A stretch of DNA of 59,159 bases, filler included. It is 4 parts of 4 records of this genome, joined end to end, with 100 filler letters (N's around TTAATTAATTAA, not from the genome) between each part and the next. Parts side by side here need not be neighbours in the genome. Positions count along the whole stretch, not along the records: positions 30,025 to 52,041 come from SRR22947727_3392; 3 more parts are not named here. One strand, given 5' to 3'. A model generated the notes under the pieces. That model was given only the letters and a program-made list of their open reading frames with translations. It did no database searches and was not told where the DNA came from. Positions 39,510 to 49,820 of this stretch are shown here, piece by piece (position 1 is the first letter of the stretch; each line of letters opens with the position of its first letter). The translations under genes and the position numbers were made by a program.

Positions 39510-40634
39510 ATGCGCGCGGAAATGGTCAATGTTGTGGCAGCCATCGAAAAGTCTTTAGGACTTTTGGCCAAGCGTCTGGACTACGACACCGCGCCCTATC
39601 GGTTGGAAGAATTTAACGCCATGATTGAAGACCCCAGTCTTTGGGACGATCAAGAGCGGGCGCAAAAGTTGATGCGGGATCGCCAGATCTTAGTCGATGC
39701 CATCGCGACCTATGAGGGAATCCGACAAGATCTGTCAGACAATCTGGAAATGATCGAGCTGGGCGCTGCGGAGGATGACGGAGAGGTCGTCAAAGATGCT
39801 GAAGAGGCTCTCAAAGCACTGCGCACCACGGCCGCGGAAAAGGAGCTCGACGCGCTGCTGGACGGGGAGGCGGACAGCAATGATACCTTCCTTGAGATCA
39901 ATTCTGGCGCTGGTGGGACGGAGAGTTGCGACTGGGCCTTGATGCTATCGCGCATGTATGTGCGTTGGGCGGAGAAAAAAGGGTACACGGTCGAGCTGCA
40001 ATCGGAAACGGCGGGCGAGGAGGCGGGCATTAAGTCCGCGGCCTATAAGATATCGGGGCATAACGCCTATGGCTGGTTGAAGTCAGAGTCGGGCGTTCAT
40101 CGCTTGGTCAGGATCAGCCCATTTGACGCCGCCGCCAAACGGCACACGTCTTTTTGCTCGGTGTGGGTCTACCCTGTTGTGGATGACAATATCGAGATTG
40201 AGGTCAACCCATCCGATATTCGCATCGATACCTATCGCAGTTCCGGGGCCGGTGGCCAGCATGTGAACACGACAGATTCTGCGGTGCGTATTACGCACCA
40301 TCCCACTGGGATCGTCGTGACCAGTTCGGAAAAATCACAGCATCAGAACCGCGATATTGCGATGAAGGCTTTGAAGTCTCGCCTGTACCAAATGGAGCTG
40401 GATCGGCGCAATGCTGCGATCAATGAGGCGCATGACAACAAAGGCGACGCCGGTTGGGGCAATCAGATCCGAAGCTATGTGCTGCAACCCTATCAGATGG
40501 TCAAAGACTTGCGCACCTCCTATGAAACCTCAGACACCAAAGGGGTGTTGGATGGGGATCTCGATGGCTTGATGGCCGCGACTTTGGCGATGAATGCCTC
40601 TGGAAAATCGCGGGCGGATGCTCAGGGCGAGTAG
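39510..40634 (+). CDS. prfB: Peptide chain release factor 2 (uninterrupted ORF)
   Basis: SPF and GGQ motifs, WGNQIRSYV. Confidence 0.96.
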   Translation: MRAEMVNVVAAIEKSLGLLAKRLDYDTAPYRLEEFNAMIEDPSLWDDQERAQKLMRDRQILVDAIATYEGIRQDLSDNLEMIELGAAEDDGEVVKDAEEALKALRTTAAEKELDALLDGEADSNDTFLEINSGAGGTESCDWALMLSRMYVRWAEKKGYTVELQSETAGEEAGIKSAAYKISGHNAYGWLKSESGVHRLVRISPFDAAAKRHTSFCSVWVYPVVDDNIEIEVNPSDIRIDTYRSSGAGGQHVNTTDSAVRITHHPTGIVVTSSEKSQHQNRDIAMKALKSRLYQMELDRRNAAINEAHDNKGDAGWGNQIRSYVLQPYQMVKDLRTSYETSDTKGVLDGDLDGLMAATLAMNASGKSRADAQGE

Positions 40635-40646
40635 AAAGCCGCTGAC

Positions 40647-40676
40647 AAAAAAGGCGCGGCCAAAGCCACGCCTTTT
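40647..40676. terminator. Bidirectional intrinsic terminator between prfB and the bactofilin gene
   Basis: AAAA-AAGGCGCGGC-CAAA-GCCACGCCTT-TT. Confidence 0.75.
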
Positions 40677-40696
40677 GAACCCGAAAAGGTATTGAT

Positions 40697-41185
40697 TTAT
40701 TCTTTTGCAGCGGGGGCGGCGGCTGGTTTCTTGGCCGCACCTGGATTGAGAGGATCGTCTTGGCGCTGGACGGAGCCCTCAAAATGGGCGCCGCTTTCGA
40801 TGGCGATGGTTTTGTGGATGATGTCGCCCTCAACCTGTGCCGTCGAGGTCAGCCGCACCTTTAGGCCACGCACCCGGCCAATCACATGGCCATTTATCAC
40901 AACATCATCAGCAATGATTTCGCCTTTAACGGTCGCACCTTCCCCGATGGTTAAGAGATGGGCGCGGATGTCGCCGTCCACGCGGCCTTCAACTTGAATG
41001 TCACCGGTGGTTTTCAGATTGCCAGTGACCTGAAGATCAGACGACAGGACCGATGCGGGCGGTTTTGCCTTCGGTGCTGCAGGTTTGAATTCTGCTGCTG
41101 GTTTGTTGATCGGCGCGGCGGGTTTTTCGGCTGCGGCGGCGTCGGGTTTCGCGGATGGGTCGTTGATTTTGCTTTTAGAAAACAT
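40697..41185 (-). CDS. Bactofilin (polymer-forming cytoskeletal protein)
   Basis: MFSK N-terminal peptide; beta-helix repeats ending IAIESGAHFEG. Confidence 0.9.
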   Translation of the reverse strand: MFSKSKINDPSAKPDAAAAEKPAAPINKPAAEFKPAAPKAKPPASVLSSDLQVTGNLKTTGDIQVEGRVDGDIRAHLLTIGEGATVKGEIIADDVVINGHVIGRVRGLKVRLTSTAQVEGDIIHKTIAIESGAHFEGSVQRQDDPLNPGAAKKPAAAPAAKE

Positions 41186-42497
41186 CTCTTCCTGCCTTAA
41201 TAAATGTCATTGGGTTTACGGCTTTACCATTCACGCGGACTTCATAGTGAAGATGGGTGCCGGTTGATCTGCCTGAGTTTCCCATATCACCGATCCTTTG
41301 TCCACGGGAAACGCGTTGGCCTTTTTTTACGCGAATTTTTGCCAAATGGGCATAGCGAGTTTCTATGCCAAATGCGTGTTTGACATAGACAACGCGGCCG
41401 TAACCGCTCCCCCATTCCGCGCGTGTAACCACCCCGTCGGCGGTGGCATAAATTGGGGTTCCGCGATTTGCAGCAAAATCAGAGCCATTGTGCATCTGCC
41501 CCCAGCGCGGACCGAAGCCGCTGGTGTAACGATGGGTAGATTTCACCGGCATATCAAAGGGCGCTTTTTCAGCTGCAATACGATAGATATTGAGTTTGTC
41601 GAGTTGAGCCAAAATGTTATTGGCCCGGTCAACGGTGGGATCAACTGTGTTGAGAGCATCGGGGGCATAGGTGATCGGGGAGAGGGCGCCACCCTGTCCC
41701 GAATAACCGCGCCGCACTTGCTCGAGCAAGCGGTCAGTATTCAACCCAGCGTTGCGAAACATTTTGTCGAGTGGCTTCACCGAAATGCTCATCGCCTCTT
41801 CCAGCTGACGAAAAATTCGGTCGCCTTTTTCTTCGAGAAATTGAATTTCCAATTCCAAATTGGCCATTTCTTCATGTGCTTGGAAGGCGCGCCGGCGGGC
41901 GTGATCGCGTTCCACAGCCACGTCTTCCAGCGTATCGGTGACGTAATCCATTGTGCTGGCCACGGATTCTGAGGAGCTATCGTCGACAGGTTTGCCCGTG
42001 TCGTGGTCAAGCTGCGCGGCCAGTTGATCCAAGTCGCGCTGCAAAAGCTCCCTTTGGCCCATGACCCGCCGCAGCGTGGCTTGCATCACTTCCATCGCGC
42101 GGTCCAACTCGCGCCGTTGATCCTCTGATGTCAGAAGCTCAGATTGCATTTCGGACACCTGCGCGAGGGCCGTGTTGAAACGCTCCTGCGCTGTCAAAGC
42201 CTCCTGGGCGCGGGTGTCGCGCTCATTGGCGAGGGCATTCAATCGCTGTTCATAGATGGCTTGATCGCGCCGGGCCTGATCACGGAAATTGCCAGTACCA
42301 ATGGTGTCGAGCAGCACGATGGCTGTTGCAACAATTGCCCATCCGATGAAAGCGGCTGATGTGACCAGAGTGAAAATTTGTGACAGCGGCGTGAGGCGAA
42401 TAAAGCGCGTGCCAGTCCCACTGCGCAAAAACAGCCGTTTTTCCGGCATGAGTCGTTCCAGGAATTGTTGTGACCTTAACCGAAGTGCACTGACCAA
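41175..42497 (-). CDS. M23 peptidase with N-terminal TM and coiled coil (DUF5930/LmdC-like)
   Basis: HNGSD, YAHL, STGTHLHYEV. Confidence 0.9.
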   Translation of the reverse strand: MVSALRLRSQQFLERLMPEKRLFLRSGTGTRFIRLTPLSQIFTLVTSAAFIGWAIVATAIVLLDTIGTGNFRDQARRDQAIYEQRLNALANERDTRAQEALTAQERFNTALAQVSEMQSELLTSEDQRRELDRAMEVMQATLRRVMGQRELLQRDLDQLAAQLDHDTGKPVDDSSSESVASTMDYVTDTLEDVAVERDHARRRAFQAHEEMANLELEIQFLEEKGDRIFRQLEEAMSISVKPLDKMFRNAGLNTDRLLEQVRRGYSGQGGALSPITYAPDALNTVDPTVDRANNILAQLDKLNIYRIAAEKAPFDMPVKSTHRYTSGFGPRWGQMHNGSDFAANRGTPIYATADGVVTRAEWGSGYGRVVYVKHAFGIETRYAHLAKIRVKKGQRVSRGQRIGDMGNSGRSTGTHLHYEVRVNGKAVNPMTFIKAGRDVF

Positions 42498-42638
42498 ATC
42501 TCAATTCCAATCTACAAGGGGCCGCCGAGCGCGGTATCTTTGCGGACTGAATACCCAAATGACCAATCTGCCGCAACGAATTTGATAAAGGCAAATCCGT
42601 TATATTCGCTTAAATCGGCTTGTTTCTGCTCACAAACT

Positions 42639-43469
42639 CTATCGCATGGCCGGTGGCGGCGGCATTTCATCGGCGAGGGGCCAGTAAAAATCGGGTGCGA
42701 TCCCTGCCTCGGCACGTTTTTCTTCGTTGAAAGGTGGTTTGAGAGGGCCATGGAAATACTGGCGCACGAGGCTATGAAAAAGGGGTTTGGGGTCTAAATC
42801 GTCCCGACCGCACAGAAAATGAAACCATTTTGAGCCATAGGCCACATGGGCGACTTCTTCGGCATAGATGACATTGAGCGCAGCGACGACCTGTGTATCT
42901 TCTGCATTTTCGAAAAAGCGGATCATGCCAGGGGTGACGTCCAGCCCGCGCGCTTCCAGCACCATGGGCACAACCGCCAATCGGCCAAGAAAATCAGACT
43001 GCGTGTCCTGGGCTGCCCGCCACATGCCGGCGTGGGCGGGCATTGCGCCGTAAAAACTGCCATGAGCTTCAAGACAGTCGCACATCAGATTGAAATGTTT
43101 GCTTTCTTCATCTGCCGCCTTCACCCAATCATCATAAAACCCCAAAGGCATCGGTATGTGCGAGAATCGGGCGATCAAATCCCAATGCAGATCCACGGCA
43201 TTCAATTCTATATGGGCCACCGCATGTAAAAGAGCGTTGCGCCCTTCGATTGAACCTGTCTTGCGTCTTGGTACGTCCCGCGGGGCACGCAGCTCCGGCG
43301 CTTTGGGGCGGGCGGGCATATCTGGCGGGGAACAGGTGCCAATTTCAACATCGTCCCCGGCGGCGCGCGCGGTGCTCCATTGCGCGGCAAAGCCCCGTGA
43401 CAGAGCGGTTTTTTCCCGCCCGTCTGCGGTGTTGAGCACCGCGCAGGCCATCTGTGTCAAAGTCATCAT
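42639..43469 (-). CDS. Ferritin-like DUF455 family protein
   Basis: HAVAHIELNA, EESKHF, LEARGLD, EEVAHV diiron-type motifs. Confidence 0.85.
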   Translation of the reverse strand: MMTLTQMACAVLNTADGREKTALSRGFAAQWSTARAAGDDVEIGTCSPPDMPARPKAPELRAPRDVPRRKTGSIEGRNALLHAVAHIELNAVDLHWDLIARFSHIPMPLGFYDDWVKAADEESKHFNLMCDCLEAHGSFYGAMPAHAGMWRAAQDTQSDFLGRLAVVPMVLEARGLDVTPGMIRFFENAEDTQVVAALNVIYAEEVAHVAYGSKWFHFLCGRDDLDPKPLFHSLVRQYFHGPLKPPFNEEKRAEAGIAPDFYWPLADEMPPPPAMR

Positions 43470-43936
43470 GAATTGAATGACTGCAACTGTGCCAAAACCT
43501 CGTCGACATGGCCAGGGACTTTAACCTTGCGCCAAATCTGTAGCAATTTTCCTTCTGGTGAAATCAAAAACGTGGCGCGCTCGATGCCCATATAGGTTTT
43601 GCCATACATCTGCTTTTCCACCCATGTGCCAAAGGCTTCGCAGAGGCTGCCGTCCTCGTCGGCAATCAAAGGGATGCGCAACTCATATTTGCTGATGAAT
43701 TTATCATGTTTTTTTACTGTATCGCGCGACACGCCGACGACCATCGCATTTTGCGCCTCAAAGGCGGCGCGCTCTTCGGAAAATCCAATGGCTTCTTTGG
43801 TGCAGCCCGGGGTGTCGTCTTTCGGGTAAAAATACAAGATCAAATACTTGCCGGCAGCATCTGCCAAGGAAAATTGGCCACCACCGTTGGTTGACAGGGT
43901 GAATTGCGGTGCATTATCGCCGATTGAGATCATCAT
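43466..43936 (-). CDS. bcp: Peroxiredoxin Bcp/PrxQ
   Basis: YFYPKDDTPGCTKEA, MYGKTYMGIER; GAGGA RBS upstream of 43936. Confidence 0.92.
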   Translation of the reverse strand: MMISIGDNAPQFTLSTNGGGQFSLADAAGKYLILYFYPKDDTPGCTKEAIGFSEERAAFEAQNAMVVGVSRDTVKKHDKFISKYELRIPLIADEDGSLCEAFGTWVEKQMYGKTYMGIERATFLISPEGKLLQIWRKVKVPGHVDEVLAQLQSFNS

Positions 43937-44016
43937 ATCCTCGGTATATCTGAGAGCCATTGTTACACCTTTGGTTTTAGGCCAAGATATATAAATTGAA
44001 AGGGGCGAGTTGCACA

Positions 44017-47000
44017 ATGGCGCAATCTGCTGAGCAAGATCAAGAGGACAAAGCGCCGCCACGGCGCCGGCCGATGTCACGGCTGGCTGTATTGATCTAT
44101 ACGCTGTGCTGGTCTGTCTTGCTCTGTTTCGGGTTGTTGGTTGCGATTATGCAAGATCGTATGCTGCCCGTGCCTGAACCTTTGCGTAAGAAATTAACGC
44201 AAGTCCTGAACGCCGATCGTACATTGCCAATCGTGCGGTTCAGCCGTGCGGAGTTGGGATTGACAGAGTTGTTTCACCCCCAATTGGTGCTGCATGGCGT
44301 GCAATTTTCTGATGGGCAAACTGGCGCAGGTGTTCAGTTTGGCGCTTTGGATGTGGTGATCCATGGTCCGGCGCTGCTATTCGGGCAGATCGCACCTCGA
44401 TCCCTCACCTTATCGGATGCCTTTGTCGATCTCAGACGCAGGCTCGATGGAAGCTTCGATCTTGGCTTTGTTATCTCTGCGAATTCCACCGGGGTCGGCT
44501 CGTTGGATGAGATATTGGACGCCACGGAAGACTTCTTCGACCGCGAGGATTTCAGACACCTGACTGAGGCGCGATTGGATCAATTGACTGTTAATTACAC
44601 CGACCGCGTCACCAAGCGGGCCTGGACCTTCGACGGTGGCCGCTTCTCTGCGCTGCGCGCGAATGGATTGATGACCCTGCGGGGGGATTTGGCGCTCCTG
44701 GCCGGAGGGGGTGAATTGGCCACTTTGGGCTTGTTTTACAAGGCCACAGGAGCGGGCGCAGGAACATTGGGGGCGGAGTTTGACAATCTGCCGGCGCAGG
44801 ATCTTGCTGTGCAATCTAAAGCCCTCACTTGGCTCAATTTCGTGGATGGCAACCTTTCGGGGAGTTTTCGCAGCACGCGCGCTGAAGGCAAAGTTGGCAA
44901 GTTGAATGCGCTGCTCGATTTTGGCGCGGGCACGTTGAGCGCTGGTCCAGAAAGTTATCCGGTGTCCTATAGTAAAGCAAAAACCTATTTCACATATGAT
45001 CCCAAACGCGCGCTCCTTGATATTTCCCTTGCATCAATCAAGAGCGATTGGGGGGCCTTATCGGCAGAGGGCTATGCATTGTTGCAGCTGGGTGGGTCGT
45101 CACAGCGCAGTTCGAGCGGGATGGTCTTGCATCTCGATGTCGACAGCGCAGTTTTTGACAAAACACCCTGGTGGCCTGAGCCGCTGCGGGTGACTGCAGC
45201 CAGTGGGCAGGTGAAGCTCAATTATGATCCCCTTACACTTGACTTGGGCCTGTTGCAGGCTGAGGTGAATGGGACCGATCTGAGCCTGTCTGGCACTGCT
45301 GCGCTCACACCCTTGGGTTGGTCCTTTGACGGGCAGGGGCGGGTGCCATCTGTGGACACCCAAACGGTCCTGACCCTCTGGCCAGAAATGTTGAGCGCCA
45401 AAAGCCGGCGCTGGTTTGGGCAAAACGTGCGCAAGGGAACACTTAAAAACCTGAGCTTTGATCTGCGTCAAGCCGCGGGAACAGCGGCGATCTTGGCCAG
45501 CAGCTTTCAATTTGAAGAGGCGGAAGTGAAATTCATGCGGCATATGCCGGTGATCTCTGAGGGATTAGGATACGGTGTTTTGGAGCGCGATGAATTTATT
45601 TTGGCCTTAGAGGCGGGCTATGTCCAAGCGGCGGAAGGCGGGCGCTTGCAGATGGATGGCTCGAGCATGCGCGTGCCCAATGCACGTGTGCCCGATCCGC
45701 CAGTGATATTTGATCTGAAAGGCAGGGGGTCCGTTCCGACCCTTATGTCCCTTATGGACAACAAACCGTTTCAGATATCCACAAAAACCAAGCTTGGTAT
45801 TGATGATGTCTCTGGACAGGCGCAGCTGGCCGCTCAGATTGAAACCCATCTGAAAGATGAGCTCACATCAAGTGACATGTCCTACGCTTTGACGGGCAGG
45901 CTGCGTGATCTGCGCAGTGAGCTGTTGGTGCCCGGGCATATCTTCACCGCTGAGCTGCTGCAATTGACCGGCACGCCAGATTTAATCGAAATTTCAGGTG
46001 CAGGGCGCGTCTCTGATATTCCATTTGAAGGCAGGTGGTCGCAACCTCTGGGTGCACCCAATTTGACAAGCCAAGTGACTGCAAAAATTGAGCTGACACC
46101 GAAGAGCCTCCAAGCGCTCAATATTGGCTTGCCCGAGGGCAGCTTGAGCGGGGGGGCAGAGGGCGCCTTGCGTTTAGAGATTGCGAAAAATAAGCCAGTG
46201 GCTTTCGAGTTGACGTCCGATCTGACGGGTGCGCGGTTACAATCGGCGGCATTAAACTGGTCAAAACCCACGGCGCAAGCGGCGCAATTGCGGGTACAAG
46301 GGGTTTTCGGCAAACCAATGCAAGTGGGGCTTCTGGCGCTTGAGGCACAGGGGTTGTCGCTTGAGGGCACGGTTCAGTTTGACGCCGGTGGTCTCGACCG
46401 GGTTGTGCTGTCACGCTTGGAGGTTGGCGATTGGCTCGATGGGGCCGCGACATTTATTCATCAAGGGTCGGGCGTACCCATGCGCCTGCTCTTGTCTGGA
46501 GATCTGGATCTGCGGAGTTACGGAAAATTGGCGGGCGGTGAAGCTGCGCGCGCGGATACGACCGCGCCAATGCCGATGTCGCTCAAGCTTGGCCGGCTGC
46601 AGTTGTCGAACACTCTGTTCCTCAGTGACGTGCGGGCTGATTTTGACCAAGGTCTTGCGGCCGGAGGCGCCTTTGGCGGTCGCGTCAATGGCGGTGTCGG
46701 CATCAATGGTCAGATGTCCGGCCAGGGCAGGGGGCTGCGCCTGTCCGTCACATCTCAAGACGCAGGTGGCGTTTTGCGCGATGCCGGACTTTTGCGACAG
46801 GCCAGCGGCGGTGAGATGATGCTGGATCTTGCACCCCATGCGGATGGGTGGAACGGCTCAATGAATATCACCTCTGTGCGCGTCAATGATGCGCCGGCGA
46901 TTGCACAATTGCTCAGCGCTGCATCAATCATAGGCCTGCCCGATCAATTGGACGGGAAGGGCATTTTCTTTTCGACAATTGAAGGCGAATTCAATATCAA

Positions 47001-47298
47001 CAAAGAGTTGTTCACGATCTACCGCTCCAGTGCGGTCGGCCCGTCTCTTGGCATGTCCATGGACGGGTATATCGACACCAAGCGCAAGCAGCTCGATCTT
47101 CAAGGTGTCCTATCCCCCTTTTATCTGCTCAATGGCTTGGGCTCAATTCTCACCCGGCGTGGGGAGGGGTTGATTGGCTTTAACTTTACGCTGCGGGGCG
47201 CATTGGAAAATCCGCAAGCCTCGGTCAATCCCTTGTCCTTGTTCACGCCTGGAATGTTTCGCGAAATCTTTCGCCGGCGACCGCCGAAACAAGAGTAG
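44017..47298 (+). CDS. AsmA-like/YhdP (DUF3971) bridge-like envelope protein
   Basis: About 1090 aa, N-terminal TM, beta-rich; C-terminal GEGLIGFNF..VNPLSLFTPGMFREIF. Confidence 0.82.
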   Translation: MAQSAEQDQEDKAPPRRRPMSRLAVLIYTLCWSVLLCFGLLVAIMQDRMLPVPEPLRKKLTQVLNADRTLPIVRFSRAELGLTELFHPQLVLHGVQFSDGQTGAGVQFGALDVVIHGPALLFGQIAPRSLTLSDAFVDLRRRLDGSFDLGFVISANSTGVGSLDEILDATEDFFDREDFRHLTEARLDQLTVNYTDRVTKRAWTFDGGRFSALRANGLMTLRGDLALLAGGGELATLGLFYKATGAGAGTLGAEFDNLPAQDLAVQSKALTWLNFVDGNLSGSFRSTRAEGKVGKLNALLDFGAGTLSAGPESYPVSYSKAKTYFTYDPKRALLDISLASIKSDWGALSAEGYALLQLGGSSQRSSSGMVLHLDVDSAVFDKTPWWPEPLRVTAASGQVKLNYDPLTLDLGLLQAEVNGTDLSLSGTAALTPLGWSFDGQGRVPSVDTQTVLTLWPEMLSAKSRRWFGQNVRKGTLKNLSFDLRQAAGTAAILASSFQFEEAEVKFMRHMPVISEGLGYGVLERDEFILALEAGYVQAAEGGRLQMDGSSMRVPNARVPDPPVIFDLKGRGSVPTLMSLMDNKPFQISTKTKLGIDDVSGQAQLAAQIETHLKDELTSSDMSYALTGRLRDLRSELLVPGHIFTAELLQLTGTPDLIEISGAGRVSDIPFEGRWSQPLGAPNLTSQVTAKIELTPKSLQALNIGLPEGSLSGGAEGALRLEIAKNKPVAFELTSDLTGARLQSAALNWSKPTAQAAQLRVQGVFGKPMQVGLLALEAQGLSLEGTVQFDAGGLDRVVLSRLEVGDWLDGAATFIHQGSGVPMRLLLSGDLDLRSYGKLAGGEAARADTTAPMPMSLKLGRLQLSNTLFLSDVRADFDQGLAAGGAFGGRVNGGVGINGQMSGQGRGLRLSVTSQDAGGVLRDAGLLRQASGGEMMLDLAPHADGWNGSMNITSVRVNDAPAIAQLLSAASIIGLPDQLDGKGIFFSTIEGEFNINKELFTIYRSSAVGPSLGMSMDGYIDTKRKQLDLQGVLSPFYLLNGLGSILTRRGEGLIGFNFTLRGALENPQASVNPLSLFTPGMFREIFRRRPPKQE

Positions 47299-47368
47299 CA
47301 GACGCAGGTTTCGGATTTGCCAAATGATTTGATTGTCGCTAATGGGAGCGCTTCTCAAGGGGCGTGCT

Positions 47369-48418
47369 ATGAAACTCTCAGACTTTGATTTTGACTTGCC
47401 ACCCGAGCGGATCGCGATTCGTCCGATGTCACCCCGCGGCGACGCCAAACTCTTGGTGAGCCAAGCCGGGCAGATCGAAGATGCGCATGTGCGTAATCTC
47501 TGCAGCTATTTTAGGCCAGGAGACCGCTTGGTTTTGAACGATACCAAGGTGATCCCGGCGCGTCTGTTTGGGACACGGGCGCGGCAATCGGCGCAGGGCA
47601 GGGTTGAGGCAAAGATTGAAGTCACGCTTCTGGAGCCGCAGGCCAGCGGGCGATGGAAAGCTTTGATAAAGCCCCTGCGCAAATTGGCTGTCGGCGAAGA
47701 GATCCAGTTTGCAGCCGGCCTGTCGGCGCGGTGCATTGAGAAAACCGATGGCGAAGCTTTGCTCGATTTTTCGGCCCAAGGCGCAGAGCTGGATGCGGCA
47801 TTGGATGTCAGCGGTCAGATGCCTTTGCCGCCCTATATTGCGTCTAAACGCGCCGCCGATGCGCAGGATAAGAGCGACTATCAAACCGTTTGGGCCAAAC
47901 ATCGCGGAGCGGTGGCGGCGCCGACGGCCTCTTTGCATCTGGATGCAGCAGCTTTGGACGCTTTGCAGGGCCATGGGGTGACGATCAGCTATGTCACCCT
48001 GCACGTTGGGGCCGGCACCTTTTTGCCGGTCAAGGTGGAAGAGATCCGCACCCATAAAATGCACGCAGAATGGGGCTATGTAAGTCCGCAGGCCGTGGCA
48101 GAGATAGAGCAAACCCGCGCCGCCGGCGGCCGGATTATCCCCGTGGGCACGACCGCTTTGCGCCTGATTGAGACGGCGGCGCGTGGCGGCACCCTTCGGC
48201 CTTTTGAAGGGGAGACAGATATTTTCATTTACCCGGGGTTTGAGTTTCAGATCACCGATGGGTTGATGACCAATTTCCACCTGCCGAAATCGACCCTGCT
48301 GATGCTGGTGGCCGCTCTGATTGGCAAGCCACATTTGGATGCGGTTTATGCCCATGCGGTGGCTCAGAATTATCGTTTTTTTAGTTACGGCGATGCATCA
48401 TTGCTTTTTGCGTCATAA
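47369..48418 (+). CDS. queA: S-adenosylmethionine:tRNA ribosyltransferase-isomerase
   Basis: [40 protein letters not shown]. Confidence 0.96.
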   Translation: MKLSDFDFDLPPERIAIRPMSPRGDAKLLVSQAGQIEDAHVRNLCSYFRPGDRLVLNDTKVIPARLFGTRARQSAQGRVEAKIEVTLLEPQASGRWKALIKPLRKLAVGEEIQFAAGLSARCIEKTDGEALLDFSAQGAELDAALDVSGQMPLPPYIASKRAADAQDKSDYQTVWAKHRGAVAAPTASLHLDAAALDALQGHGVTISYVTLHVGAGTFLPVKVEEIRTHKMHAEWGYVSPQAVAEIEQTRAAGGRIIPVGTTALRLIETAARGGTLRPFEGETDIFIYPGFEFQITDGLMTNFHLPKSTLLMLVAALIGKPHLDAVYAHAVAQNYRFFSYGDASLLFAS

Positions 48419-48489
48419 TATCGTTTGGGTAGAAAAAGAGCGCGTGTGTCACGGTTCATTTTGTCCCGGTTTCATTTTGAGGAAGTGCA

Positions 48490-49746
48490 ATGTTTCAGGT
48501 TTTGTCGCGGTCTTGGGCGCTGCTTATCGGCATGATGTTGTTAATGGTTGGCAATGGGTTGCAGGGCACATTGCTCGGCGTGCGGGGCGGAATTGAAGGG
48601 TTTTCAACCTTCGAAATGTCCATCGTGATGTCAGCATATTTTGCGGGGTTTCTTGGCGGTTCACGCCTGGCGCCTGAAATGATCCGCCGGGTGGGACATG
48701 TGCGGGTCTTTGCGGCTTTGGCCTCATTCATCTCTGCCATATTGATTCTCTATCCGGCCTTTGCCCATCCCGTGGCTTGGGCCTTGGGGCGCGTTGTGAT
48801 CGGATTTTGTTTCTCTGGGGTGTATGTCACCGCAGAAAGCTGGCTGAACAATTCTTCTGACAACGCCAATCGGGGCAAGGCGCTCTCGGTCTATATGATC
48901 GTACAGATGTTTGGAATTGTCAGCGCGCAAGCGCTTCTGGCCATGGGGGACGCAAGTGGCTACGCCTTGTTTATTTTGTCCTCCGTTTTGGTTTCGATTT
49001 CTTTTGCTCCGATTTTACTGTCGATTTCTCCAACGCCGGCATTTGAAACCGCAAAACCTATGCCGCTCAAGACCTTGCTTGAGACATCTCCTTTGGGCTG
49101 TTTCGGCATGTTTCTTCTGGGCGGCGTTTTCTCGGCGCAATTTGGCATGTCCGCAGTCTATGGCGTGGCGGCCGGTCTAACGATTACGCAGATCTCAATT
49201 TTTGTTTCAAGCATCTATGTGGGTGCCCTATTGATGCAATATCCGATTGGCTGGTTTTCGGACCGCATGGACCGGCGGGTTGTGATTATGATCGTAGCCG
49301 CAGCGGGCGGGATTTTCTCGCTTCTAGCGCTGTTTTTCGACTATTATTTTGGCGCGCTGCTCGTCGCCGCTTTGGTGATCGGCGGCACATCCAATCCGCT
49401 GTATTCATTGCTGATCGCCTATACAAACGACTATCTCGATCCCGACGATATGGCCGCGGCCTCAGGAGGGTTGATATTTATCAACGGTATGGGCGCGATT
49501 GCTGGGCCTTTGGTGACCGGCTGGATGATGGACAGTTTTGGTGCCCAGGCATTCTTTGGCATGATTGCGCTCTTGATGCTCATCCTCGCGGGTTACGCGG
49601 TCTACCGGATGACACAGCGGTCGCGGGCGGGCATCGAGGATGGTACCTATGCGCCGGTTCTGCCCTCGGCCAGCCCGGTCGCGGTGGAGGTGGCTTCGGA
49701 ATATTATATCGAGACCGCTTTGGAAGATGAAACGAATGAAACATAG
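48490..49746 (+). CDS. MFS transporter (YcaD-like)
   Basis: About 12 hydrophobic helices; RVGHVRVF, ESWLN, GWFSDRMDRR. Confidence 0.88.
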   Translation: MFQVLSRSWALLIGMMLLMVGNGLQGTLLGVRGGIEGFSTFEMSIVMSAYFAGFLGGSRLAPEMIRRVGHVRVFAALASFISAILILYPAFAHPVAWALGRVVIGFCFSGVYVTAESWLNNSSDNANRGKALSVYMIVQMFGIVSAQALLAMGDASGYALFILSSVLVSISFAPILLSISPTPAFETAKPMPLKTLLETSPLGCFGMFLLGGVFSAQFGMSAVYGVAAGLTITQISIFVSSIYVGALLMQYPIGWFSDRMDRRVVIMIVAAAGGIFSLLALFFDYYFGALLVAALVIGGTSNPLYSLLIAYTNDYLDPDDMAAASGGLIFINGMGAIAGPLVTGWMMDSFGAQAFFGMIALLMLILAGYAVYRMTQRSRAGIEDGTYAPVLPSASPVAVEVASEYYIETALEDETNET

Positions 49747-49820
49747 AGTTACCTTTTTCTTTGCACTTTTGATTTAGATGCGTAGAGATTGAAGATAGGC
49801 AGACTCACCGGAGCGGACAT

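Noticed and set aside
47429..48355. 308-aa antisense ORF (likewise 51038-51898, 11949-12680, 41298-41972)
   Set aside because: Mirror frames of well-conserved genes in GC-rich DNA, with no independent motifs
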